A stretch of 46,777 nt of DNA from an uncultured Candidatus Saccharibacteria bacterium (GTDB lineage Bacteria; Patescibacteriota; Minisyncoccia; Minisyncoccales; GWA2-46-15). Location: positions 1 through 46,777 of the forward strand of contig CAZKCH010000003.1 in the NCBI GenBank assembly GCA_964551525.1, read 5' to 3'. The notes under the pieces were generated by a model, which was not told the DNA's origin, did not search any database, and was given only the letters and a program-made list of their open reading frames with translations. Positions 17,913-26,619 of the stretch are shown piece after piece; position 1 is the first letter of the stretch; every line of letters starts with the position of its first letter. Position numbers and translations under genes: made by a program.

Positions 17913-18395
17913 ATGAATTTAAATAAGATATTTTTATTGGGCCGGGTGGCGAGCGACCCGGAAATGAGAACCACCAATGCCGGCCAGCCGGTCTGCTCTT
18001 TCCGCATGGTCACCAATCGGAATTACACTGACAGCGCCGGGACAAAACAGGAAAAAGCCGAGTTTCACAGCATTGTTCTCTGGCGCCGCTTAGCCGAGAT
18101 TGCCGGCCAATACCTGACCAAGGGCTCATTAGTGCTGATTGAGGGCCGGATCGAAACAAGAATGTGGCAAGACAATACCGGTACTAAAAAATATCGCACC
18201 GAAGTAATTGGCGAACGGCTCCAATTAGGGCCAAAATCAGCCAATGCCAATAGACCAACAGCGGGAACAGCCAGCCAGCACGAAGAGCCAATCGGCGCCG
18301 CGGTTGAAGAAGAAAAACCAGCCACTCCGGAAGAAATCCCCATTATCGAGGAAGACCAAAGCGATGAAATTAGCGTTAAGGACATCCCCTTCTAA
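17913..18395 (+). CDS. ssb: Single-stranded DNA-binding protein
   Basis: 160 aa with an OB-fold N-terminus (MNLNKIFLLGRVASDPEMR...) and an acidic C-terminal tail ending DIPF. Confidence 0.95.
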   Translation: MNLNKIFLLGRVASDPEMRTTNAGQPVCSFRMVTNRNYTDSAGTKQEKAEFHSIVLWRRLAEIAGQYLTKGSLVLIEGRIETRMWQDNTGTKKYRTEVIGERLQLGPKSANANRPTAGTASQHEEPIGAAVEEEKPATPEEIPIIEEDQSDEISVKDIPF

Positions 18396-18396
18396 A

Positions 18397-18594
18397 ATGG
18401 ACTGCTATTTTTGCAAAAAAGACACCAATCAAATAGATTTTAAAGATCTGGAACTTCTCAAGAAGTTCACTTCCGGCATGGCAAAAATCCGGGCCAAAAA
18501 AAGAACCGGCGTTTGCGCCAGCCACCAAAGAAAATTAGCCACCGCCATTAAGAGGGCGAGGTATTTGGGACTACTGCCGTTTACGAGAAAGTAG
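18397..18594 (+). CDS. rpsR: 30S ribosomal protein S18
   Basis: 65 aa. The sequence CYFCKK...IDFKD...LKKF...GKI...R..TGVCASHQRKLATAIKRARYLGLLPF is S18-like. The ATG at 18397 is in frame inside the longer ORF listed in the track. Confidence 0.9.
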   Translation: MDCYFCKKDTNQIDFKDLELLKKFTSGMAKIRAKKRTGVCASHQRKLATAIKRARYLGLLPFTRK

Positions 18595-18601
18595 TACTTA
18601 T

Positions 18602-19645
18602 CTAACTACTCTCTACTGGTTCGACTGGAACCGCCTCAAACGAGGCCTTTTTTATTTGCTCAGCGATCTTGGGATTCTCTTTCAGAAACTTTTTCGCCGC
18701 ATCCAGGCCTTGGCCCAAGCGCGTTTCGTTGAAATCAAACCAGCTGCCGGATCTCTTGATCACTCCCTGTTTAATCCCCAAATTCAGCAAATCCGTAACG
18801 TAAGAAATGCCTTCGTTGTAATAAATATCAAATTCAGCAATCCTAAAGGGCGCCGCCACTTTGTTCTTGACCACCTTAGCCCTGATCCGCGAGCCGATAA
18901 TTTCTTCCCCGTGTTTTATCTGGGCAATACGCCGCAAATCAATCCTGACCGAGGCGTAAAATTTTAAAGCCAAACCGCCGGAGGTTGTTTCCGGATTGCC
19001 GAACATAATACCGATTTTCATGCGCAGCTGGTTGATGAAAACAACCACGGTTTTAGTTTTGGAAATAGCGCCGGACAACTTCTGTAAAGCCGATGACATC
19101 AAGCGCGCCTGCAACCCGATCTGAAACTCGCCCATCTCCCCTTCAATGGCGCTCTTGGGCGCCAAGGCGGCCACGGAATCAACAACAATAATATCCACTT
19201 GGCTTGACCGAACCAGCGTCTCCACTATCTGCAAGGCCTGTTCGGCAGAATCGGGCTGGGAAATCAAAAGCTCATTAGTGTCAACGCCAAGCCGCTTGGC
19301 ATATTCCGGATCCAAAGCATGTTCCACATCAATAAAAGCAGCCACGCCGCCTTGTTTCTGCGCCTGGCCGCAAACGTGCAAAGCCAAAGTGCTTTTGCCC
19401 GTTGACTCCGGACCGAAAATTTCCACCACCCGGCCGCGAGGAAAACCGCCCACGCCCAAAGCAAAATCCAAAGAAGGAGAACCGGTCGGAATGGCATCCA
19501 CTTTCTCCACGATATGGGACTCGCTTAATTTCATAATCGCGCCCTCGCCAAAGCGCTGTTTGATTTCATCAACCGCCTCTTTCAAATCCTCTTTGTCTTT
19601 GTCTTGGCTTGTTTCTTTTTTTTCTTCTTTTTTATGTTTGACCAT
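18602..19645 (-). CDS. recA: Recombinase RecA (with a Lys/Glu-rich N-terminal extension)
   Basis: 347 aa with Walker [10 protein letters not shown] and RecA core sequence throughout. Confidence 0.97.
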   Translation of the reverse strand: MVKHKKEEKKETSQDKDKEDLKEAVDEIKQRFGEGAIMKLSESHIVEKVDAIPTGSPSLDFALGVGGFPRGRVVEIFGPESTGKSTLALHVCGQAQKQGGVAAFIDVEHALDPEYAKRLGVDTNELLISQPDSAEQALQIVETLVRSSQVDIIVVDSVAALAPKSAIEGEMGEFQIGLQARLMSSALQKLSGAISKTKTVVVFINQLRMKIGIMFGNPETTSGGLALKFYASVRIDLRRIAQIKHGEEIIGSRIRAKVVKNKVAAPFRIAEFDIYYNEGISYVTDLLNLGIKQGVIKRSGSWFDFNETRLGQGLDAAKKFLKENPKIAEQIKKASFEAVPVEPVESS

Positions 19646-19654
19646 ATTGAATGC

Positions 19655-19720
19655 TTTTGTATATTGTATCTTGTATTTAGTATCTTGTATACGACGTAAT
19701 ACTAAATACTATATACAAAA
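19655..19720. repeat. Long AT-rich imperfect palindrome between ftsK and recA
   Basis: The outer arms are TTTTGTATAT (19655-19664) and ATATACAAAA (19711-19720). The inner arms are GTATTTAGTAT (19673-19683) and ATACTAAATAC (19699-19709). Confidence 0.65.
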
Positions 19721-19734
19721 TACCAGATACTCGT

Positions 19735-22023
19735 TTAGACTTTCTCCCACTCATCATTTTTTTCTCCGGCTTCATTATTTTTAACCTCAATGGCCACCCC
19801 GGAGTCCTCTGTCTCAGGCGCTTCTCCGCTAGCAAAACTTAAACCCGGCTCGGTTTTCTCGCCAAAGTAAACCTCGCGCGGCTTGGCGCCGTCAGCCGGC
19901 CCCACCACGCCCCTTTCTTCTAAAATATCCAAAAGCCGAGCCGCTCGGGCATAACCGATTCTCAACCGGCGCTGGAGCAAAGAGGCCGAGGCCTTTTTCG
20001 ACTCAATCACCCATTGCTTGGCCTGGCCGTAAAGCGGGTCTTCGTCAATATTGCTGTCGCTGGAAAAAATTTCGCCCTCGGGAGAAACCTGAAGCAATTC
20101 TCTTTTTAATTCTTCGGCCAAGAAATTCTCTTTCAAAATAGCAAAGTCCTCTTTCTGGCCCTTAAGAAAATCCGTCACCCGCCGCACTTCTTTTTCTGTA
20201 ACATAAGCGCCTTGGAGACGGCGCGGCTTTGATGTTTCCGAAGAAATGAAAAGCAAATCGCCCGCGCCCAATAATTTCTCCGCGCCCGCCATGTCAATGA
20301 CGGTCCGGGAATCAACTTGAGAAGCGACTTGGAAAGTGATTCGGGAAGTGATATTCGCTTTAATCAGGCCGGTAATGACTTCCACTGACGGCCGCTGGGT
20401 GGCAACGATCAAATGAATCCCGACGGCTCTGGCCATTTGAGCCAAACGGACAATGCCGCCCTCAACCTCTTTGCCGCGAGCCGCCATTAAATCAGCCAAT
20501 TCATCAATAACAACAACAATGTACGGCATGATCTCCCTGTCTTCGGCGCCATTATTATTCTTTGCTTCCCGGTTAGCGAGAATATCACGGTTATAACCAT
20601 TAATGTCGCGCGCCTTAGCGCCGGCCAAAACCTCAAACCTTCTTTCCATTTCCTTGACCAGCCATTTCAAAGCGTTGACGGTCTTTTGGCTATCAAAAAT
20701 AACATCGGATAAAAGATGAGGGATGCCCTGATAAATCGGGAACTCCACTCTTTTCGGATCAATTAAAATCAAGCGCATTATTTCCGGCGAATTGCGGTAA
20801 AGCAGATTAAGAATAATGGAATTCAAGCAGATGGTTTTGCCCGTGCCCGTGGAACCGGCAACCAACAAATGGGGCATTCTCCCTAAATCAGCGAAACAAG
20901 GATTGCCCGCCACGTCCCGGCCCAGAGCGAATAATAAAGGTTGAGGCGAAGCGCGAAACTCTTGCGTTTCAAAAATATTTCTCAACCGCACTTGAGTACG
21001 CGACTTGTTCGGCAATTCAATGCCCACCAATGACTTGCCCGGAATCGGCGCCTCAATCCTGATCGGATGAGTCGCCAAAGCCAAAGACAAATCATTGCCT
21101 AAAGTGGTGATTTTAGAAAGCTTGATGCCTTCGGCCGGCTTTAAAGTATATTGGGTGACGGTCGGACCGACATTAACTTCTGACATTTCCACCGGAATGC
21201 CGAAATTCTCCAGGGTTTTTTTGATCACCGCCATATTATTCCTGATGTCGCCGGTAATCGGCTCGCCCCGGTCAATTTCCAAAAGATCAAAAGCAGGTTT
21301 TTTGTAAGCGGCGTATCTTGTCGATTGAGGCACGGGCTTGGTTTTCAATTCCGGCAAGCCATTGGCCTTGGCCGGCGCTTCCTTGCCCGCCCGGCTGTCC
21401 CGATCGGGCACTTCTTTCATTCTCAATTTCGGCTCAAAAATCTTTTTGATGATCGGCGGTCTTTCCAAAAACTCTTTGACTTCAGTCGGTTTGATTTTCT
21501 GCGAGATCTGCCAAAAGATGAAAAAGCCCAAAGCAATCAGGCCGCTGAAAAAAATCAAATTCACCCAAAAACCGAAAAACTTAAACAAGGGCCAGCTCAA
21601 AAAATAACCGACCACTCCGCCCAGGCCCGGGTCTTTCAAGATGAATTTTTTGACCGGGCCCAAAGAATTCAAAACCGAAGCCAAACCGAAAACAAGGCAG
21701 ACAATGGCCAGAAAAATCGTGCGGAAACTTTCTTCGGAACGGTGGCCGCCGGCAAAAAAAATAACGCCGGCGAGCACGAGAAAAATAGGTAAAAGAAAAA
21801 TTGTTTTGCCAATCGCAAAAGTGAGAAAATCAAGGATTTTTTCTCCGCCCTTGCCCGCCAAGCCAAAAAAGGAAAGAATGACAATCAGGGCCAAAAGCAG
21901 AAAAACAAGACCTAAAAGGTAATTTTTTGCCATCGAGGGCAAAGAAAAAGAACGATCGTCTTTTTCTTTCGCTCCCGCCGAGTCATTTTTCCCGTTTTTG
22001 CCGTTATTTCTTTTGTTTACCAT
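19735..22023 (-). CDS. ftsK: DNA translocase FtsK/SpoIIIE
   Basis: 762 aa with N-terminal TM helices, a linker, a motor domain with Walker A GSTGTGKT, and a C-terminal gamma/winged-helix domain (LLQRRLRIGYARAARLLD). Confidence 0.95.
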   Translation of the reverse strand: MVNKRNNGKNGKNDSAGAKEKDDRSFSLPSMAKNYLLGLVFLLLALIVILSFFGLAGKGGEKILDFLTFAIGKTIFLLPIFLVLAGVIFFAGGHRSEESFRTIFLAIVCLVFGLASVLNSLGPVKKFILKDPGLGGVVGYFLSWPLFKFFGFWVNLIFFSGLIALGFFIFWQISQKIKPTEVKEFLERPPIIKKIFEPKLRMKEVPDRDSRAGKEAPAKANGLPELKTKPVPQSTRYAAYKKPAFDLLEIDRGEPITGDIRNNMAVIKKTLENFGIPVEMSEVNVGPTVTQYTLKPAEGIKLSKITTLGNDLSLALATHPIRIEAPIPGKSLVGIELPNKSRTQVRLRNIFETQEFRASPQPLLFALGRDVAGNPCFADLGRMPHLLVAGSTGTGKTICLNSIILNLLYRNSPEIMRLILIDPKRVEFPIYQGIPHLLSDVIFDSQKTVNALKWLVKEMERRFEVLAGAKARDINGYNRDILANREAKNNNGAEDREIMPYIVVVIDELADLMAARGKEVEGGIVRLAQMARAVGIHLIVATQRPSVEVITGLIKANITSRITFQVASQVDSRTVIDMAGAEKLLGAGDLLFISSETSKPRRLQGAYVTEKEVRRVTDFLKGQKEDFAILKENFLAEELKRELLQVSPEGEIFSSDSNIDEDPLYGQAKQWVIESKKASASLLQRRLRIGYARAARLLDILEERGVVGPADGAKPREVYFGEKTEPGLSFASGEAPETEDSGVAIEVKNNEAGEKNDEWEKV

Positions 22024-22100
22024 GTAAAATCAAAAAGGCGCCTTTAATCAATCATTATATCAAAAAACCCCGCAGCAGAACAGGTTTCCCGCGGAGCAAT

Positions 22101-22135
22101 TCCAGGAGTCCGACCCCAGGAGTCCGACTCCTGGA
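22101..22135. repeat. Palindromic repeat, family 3 (TCCAGGAGTCCGA CC CCAGGAGTCCGACTCCTGGA)
   Basis: It is 1.5 direct units and forms the hairpin CCAGGAGT-CCG-ACTCCTGG (22116-22134). It is nested in the outer pairing AGGTTTCC (22082-22089) / GGAAACCT (22133-22140). A near-identical copy lies at 40675-40714. Confidence 0.7.
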
Positions 22136-22235
22136 AACCTCTTACGATGAAAATAGCATCTCCAGACCCCATGGGTTGTGCGAAGTTCAACTTCGCACAA
22201 GAACAAAATGACCAAAAAATCGCCTCTTTGGTGAT

Positions 22236-22817
22236 TTAAGATTTAATAAATTCCATGATCTCGGAATTTCTAATAAGAATAGTGCGGTCAGTGGTAAACG
22301 TTAATCCTTTATTTGGCGTTGCTTCAAACCCAAGATAAATACGCTCAATATTGTTTCTTCTCAACTCAGCAATTGCCGGCTGCAAATCAGAATCCGAACT
22401 CCCGATAATCGCTGTTTTCAGCTCATTATTATGAGCTAAGGTGATCAAATCAACGGCAATTTTTACATCGACGCCCTTCTCTTTAAAAGTTAGGGTTTCG
22501 TGGCCCATAAAGCATTTTTCGAGGTGCCCTCTGACTCTTCCGGCAATAATAATTTCGAAACCTTGTCGCTCTAAATGTGTTTTTAATTTTCTTTGTTTTT
22601 CTATGAGATCTTCTGATTTTTTAATCGTTTCCGGATGTTTAATTAATCTGCCCAAATAGAATAATTTTCTATCTATTTCCACGCCAGCTAGCACCTTGCT
22701 AATAAGACCTTTGAAATCATAAGTAGAAAAGTCGATCTCTTTTTTCTTTCCGGGATCTATCACAGATCTAATTTTATCAATAAAATTGCGTCCGTCTATA
22801 AAAAGTATGGTTTTCAT
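22236..22817 (-). CDS. NYN-domain (LabA-like) protein
   Basis: 193 aa. The N-terminal ILFIDGRNF and the later SSDSDLQPAI acidic motifs are typical of NYN/LabA PIN-like nucleases. Confidence 0.75.
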   Translation of the reverse strand: MKTILFIDGRNFIDKIRSVIDPGKKKEIDFSTYDFKGLISKVLAGVEIDRKLFYLGRLIKHPETIKKSEDLIEKQRKLKTHLERQGFEIIIAGRVRGHLEKCFMGHETLTFKEKGVDVKIAVDLITLAHNNELKTAIIGSSDSDLQPAIAELRRNNIERIYLGFEATPNKGLTFTTDRTILIRNSEIMEFIKS

Positions 22818-22834
22818 AAATAAACCCTATTCTT

Positions 22835-22873
22835 AAATAAATAAACCCCAGCGGACCTTGCGGCTGGCTGGGG
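22835..22873 (-). terminator. Terminator-like hairpin downstream of rpoC
   Basis: On the minus strand, CCCCAGC-N14-GCTGGGG is followed by TTTATTTATTT. It lies between the rpoC stop and the NYN gene start. Confidence 0.5.
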
Positions 22874-22886
22874 CGTCTATATCTTG

Positions 22887-22914
22887 ATTATATAAGATTA
22901 TCACTGCTTGTCAA
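22887..22914 (-). promoter_or_regulatory. Consensus-like promoter candidate upstream of the NYN gene
   Basis: On the minus strand, TTGACA (22914-22909), a 16-nt spacer, then TATAAT (22892-22887). Confidence 0.4.
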
Positions 22915-22918
22915 TAAC

Positions 22919-25900
22919 TTACTTTTTGAAGCCGGTGCCGGCCGGAATTAATTTTCCAATAATGACATTTTCCTTCAAGCCCTGGAGCCGGTCTTCTTTG
23001 CCGCAAATGGCAGCCGAGATTAAAATGCGCGAGGTCTCAATAAAGGAAGCGGCAGACAAGAAACTATCGGTCGCCAAAGCCACCTTGGAAATGCCCATCA
23101 AAACCGGCAAAGCGACAATTTCTTTTTTGCCCTCTTTCTTCAGTTTTTTATTCTCTTCGGCAATGCGGGTATGGCTGATAATTTCCCCGGCAATAAACTG
23201 GCTGTCGCCCGAGTCCTTGACTTTACAGCGGGAAAACATCTGCCTGACAATCACTTCCAAATGTTTGTCGTGAATCGAAGCGCCCTGGGAAGCATAAATG
23301 CGCTGGACCTCAGTAATAATATGTTTTTGCGTCAGCCCGGGCCCGACGGCCTTAAACAGCTCTTTCAAATCGGCATTGCCTTCGGACAATGACTGGCCGG
23401 CCACGATCGTATCCCCGGCTTTAATTAAGATCTCTCTGCCCGCCGGCAACTCATATTCAATCACGTCATTATTTTTTGTCTTCTTTGACCTTGCTTTTTT
23501 ATCCGCCGAGCTTTCTCCTTCCGGCTTCACTTTAACAATGAGATTTTCCACTGACAAAACCTGGCCGTTAACCTGGGAAATCACTGCTTTGCCCAATGGC
23601 ACTCTTGATTCAAAAATTTCTTCCACCCGAGGCAAACCCATGGTGATATCAGCGCCGGCAATGCCGCCCAAATGAAACGTTTTCATCGTCAGCTGGGTGC
23701 CTGGTTCGCCAATGGCCTGGGCGGCAATAATGCCCACCGCCTCGCCCGTATCCACGATTTTATTAGTACCCAAGCTCCAGCCATAACAATGCTGGCAAAC
23801 GCCTCTTAAAAGTTTGCAGGTCAGGGGCGAACGGCAATGAACCGCGGCAATATTGTTTTTCACGATTTCTTTGCCTTTTTCCCAATCAATAAATTCGCCT
23901 TTTTTAACAATCAGCTTTTTTTCTTTTCCCACCTCGGCCTGGCTATAAACATCTTCCAAACAAATCCGGCCGATAATTTTCAAAAGAAAGTTCTGGCCGA
24001 TGTCTTCCGCTTCTTTCCTCACAAAAACCATGCCTTTATTATCGCCGCAATCCTTTTCCTCAACAATAACTTCATGGCTGACATCAGCCAAGCGCCGCGT
24101 CAGATAACCGGCCGTCGAAGTCCGCAAAGCCGTGTCGGCCGTGCCTTTTCTCGCCCCGTGAGTAGAAAGAAAGTATTCCAAAACATCAAGGCCTTCTTTA
24201 TAAGAATGTTTGATCGGTAATTCAATGATCCGGCCGACCGGGTTAATCACCAGTCCTTTCATACCCGCCATCTGCACCGGCTGGGCCCAAGAGCCGCGGG
24301 AGCCGGAATCAATAATGGCAAACACCGGCCCGTCCAAGGGCAAGGTTTTGGGCACCAGTTTTTCTATTTCTGATTTTGTTTTTTGCCAAATCTCAATGGA
24401 ACGCTGATATTTTTCATCGCGGGAAAGCAAACCCTTTAAAAAATGGCTGTCTAATTGAGCGATTTCTTTTTCCGCCGCTTCAATTAATTTCGGTTTTTCT
24501 TCCGGCACTTTCAAATCATCCATGCCCCAGCTGATGCCCGAACGGGTGGCGCCGTCAAAACCAACGTTTTTGATGCTGTCCAGAATCGGCGGCGCTTTCT
24601 CAATCGTGTATTTATCAATCACTTCTCTCACCAATTCTTCCAGTTTTTTGGAATTCATTTCCTTATTTTGGAAAGGAAAATCCTCGGGCAAGGCCTCGTT
24701 GAAAATCAACCGGCCCACGCTGGTGGAAATAAACCGCCCTGATTCGTCTTTTATCTTTCCCGACTGATTCTGAATTTTTATTTCTGCCTTGATATCAATT
24801 TCTCCCATTTCATAAGATAACTCCGCTTCTTCGGGCGCTCCAAAAACCCGGCCTTCGCCCTTAGCGCCCGGTTTAAGTTTCATCAACCAATAAGCGCCAA
24901 GAACGATTTCCTGGGTCGGACTGACAATGGGCAAACCGGTGGCCGGCTTGAGCAAGTTTTTCGATGAGAGCATAATGTCCCTCGCTTCTGCCTGCGCCTC
25001 TTCTGATAAGGGCAAATGAACCGCCATCTGGTCGCCGTCAAAATCAGCATTGAACGCCCGGCAAACAAGAGGATGAAGCCGGATAGCATTACCTTCAATC
25101 AGAATCGGCTTAAAGGCCTGAATGCCCAGCCGATGCAAAGTCGGCGCCCGATTTAAAAGCACGTGTTTGCCTTGAACCACTTCCTCCAAGATCGCCCAGA
25201 TATCATCTGTTTCCTGCTCAATCAAGCGGGAAGCGCCCCTCACATTAAAAGCCAATTCTTTGTCCAAAATTCTTTTAATGACAAAGGGTTTAAAAAGCTC
25301 CAAGGCCATTTTCTTAGGAATGCCGACCTGGTGCAAAGCCAAATCCGGGCCAACCACAATCACTGACCGGCCGGAATAATCAACTCTTTTGCCGAGCAAA
25401 TTTTGGCGGAAGCGGCCCTGTTTGCCTTTCAAAATATCTGCCAATGATTTCAAAAGCCGCCGGCCGCCCGTAGTCGCCTTAGTCATCGTCCCTTTTCTCA
25501 TCGTGTTATCAATCAAAGCGTCAACCGCTTCCTGCAACATTCTTTTTTCATTGCGGACAATCACTTCCGGCGCCCCGATCTCGAGCAAATATTTTAAACG
25601 ATTGTTCCTGTTGATAACGCGGCGGTAAAGATCATTCAAATCAGAAGAAGCGTAGCGGCCGCCGTCCAATTGGACCATGGGCCTCAAGTCGGGCGGCAGA
25701 ATCGGCAAAACCGTCACGAACATCCATTCCGGCCTGATGCCGGCCCTTTCCATACCCTGGAAAAGCTTTAGCTGTCTCAAGATTTTTCTTTTTTGCAAAG
25801 GCGTGGCTTCTTCCAACCCTATTTTTAATTCATGGATCCGCTTTTTTAAATCAACTTCGCTGAAAATCTTTCTCAACACTTCTCCGCCCGTGCCCGCTTC

Positions 25901-26590
25901 AAAACACTGGCCGTATTTCAAAGACAGATCGAAGTAATCGGCTTCTGATAAAATCCGCAAAACCTTGATGCCCTGAACATCTTCTTTGGCCTTGTCCCGC
26001 GCCTCTTTCAAATCATGGTCTTCTTTCTTGTCTCCCTTCTTTTCTTCTTTTTTCTCTTCTTTATTCTTTCCTTTTCCCTCTTTTTCACCTGTTTTATGCC
26101 TCGTGGTTTGCGTTTTCAGTTTCATCTGGTATTCCTTCTCGATCTGCTCCAAAAGATTCTTTTTCGCTTCTTCATTCACCTTAACGACAATATAAGCGTT
26201 GAAATAAATGACTTTTTCCAAATGGATCATGGGCAAATCCAAAATCTGACCCATTCTTGACGGCACGCCCCGCAAAAACCAGATGTGGGAGACCGGCGTG
26301 GCTAATTTGATATGGCCCATTCTTTCCCGCCGCACTGCCGCCTTGGTCACTTCCACGCCGCACTTGTCGCAGATAATACCTTTGTGCCTGATGCCGCGGT
26401 ATTTGCCGCAATAACATTCATAATCCTTTTCCGGCCCAAAAATCTTTTCGTCAAAAAGCCCTTCTTTTTCCGAGCGCTGGGTGCGATAATTGATTGTTTC
26501 CGGCTTCGTTACCTCGCCATGAGACCATGACAAAATCTCCTCGGGCGAGGCCAATTTGATTCTGATCGCTTCGATGTCGAAAACCCGCAT
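22919..26590 (-). CDS. rpoC: DNA-directed RNA polymerase subunit beta-prime
   Basis: 1223 aa with an N-terminal Zn finger (CYCGKYRG...CDKCGVEV) and the catalytic NADFDGDQM motif. It sits directly downstream of rpoB. Confidence 0.98.
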   Translation of the reverse strand: MRVFDIEAIRIKLASPEEILSWSHGEVTKPETINYRTQRSEKEGLFDEKIFGPEKDYECYCGKYRGIRHKGIICDKCGVEVTKAAVRRERMGHIKLATPVSHIWFLRGVPSRMGQILDLPMIHLEKVIYFNAYIVVKVNEEAKKNLLEQIEKEYQMKLKTQTTRHKTGEKEGKGKNKEEKKEEKKGDKKEDHDLKEARDKAKEDVQGIKVLRILSEADYFDLSLKYGQCFEAGTGGEVLRKIFSEVDLKKRIHELKIGLEEATPLQKRKILRQLKLFQGMERAGIRPEWMFVTVLPILPPDLRPMVQLDGGRYASSDLNDLYRRVINRNNRLKYLLEIGAPEVIVRNEKRMLQEAVDALIDNTMRKGTMTKATTGGRRLLKSLADILKGKQGRFRQNLLGKRVDYSGRSVIVVGPDLALHQVGIPKKMALELFKPFVIKRILDKELAFNVRGASRLIEQETDDIWAILEEVVQGKHVLLNRAPTLHRLGIQAFKPILIEGNAIRLHPLVCRAFNADFDGDQMAVHLPLSEEAQAEARDIMLSSKNLLKPATGLPIVSPTQEIVLGAYWLMKLKPGAKGEGRVFGAPEEAELSYEMGEIDIKAEIKIQNQSGKIKDESGRFISTSVGRLIFNEALPEDFPFQNKEMNSKKLEELVREVIDKYTIEKAPPILDSIKNVGFDGATRSGISWGMDDLKVPEEKPKLIEAAEKEIAQLDSHFLKGLLSRDEKYQRSIEIWQKTKSEIEKLVPKTLPLDGPVFAIIDSGSRGSWAQPVQMAGMKGLVINPVGRIIELPIKHSYKEGLDVLEYFLSTHGARKGTADTALRTSTAGYLTRRLADVSHEVIVEEKDCGDNKGMVFVRKEAEDIGQNFLLKIIGRICLEDVYSQAEVGKEKKLIVKKGEFIDWEKGKEIVKNNIAAVHCRSPLTCKLLRGVCQHCYGWSLGTNKIVDTGEAVGIIAAQAIGEPGTQLTMKTFHLGGIAGADITMGLPRVEEIFESRVPLGKAVISQVNGQVLSVENLIVKVKPEGESSADKKARSKKTKNNDVIEYELPAGREILIKAGDTIVAGQSLSEGNADLKELFKAVGPGLTQKHIITEVQRIYASQGASIHDKHLEVIVRQMFSRCKVKDSGDSQFIAGEIISHTRIAEENKKLKKEGKKEIVALPVLMGISKVALATDSFLSAASFIETSRILISAAICGKEDRLQGLKENVIIGKLIPAGTGFKK

Positions 26591-26619
26591 TTGTTTAGGT
26601 TAATTAGAAATTAGAATAA

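Noticed and set aside
19146-19784. 212-aa plus-strand ORF opposite recA
   Set aside because: It is antisense to an unambiguous recA, has no recognisable motifs, and runs across the intergenic palindrome.
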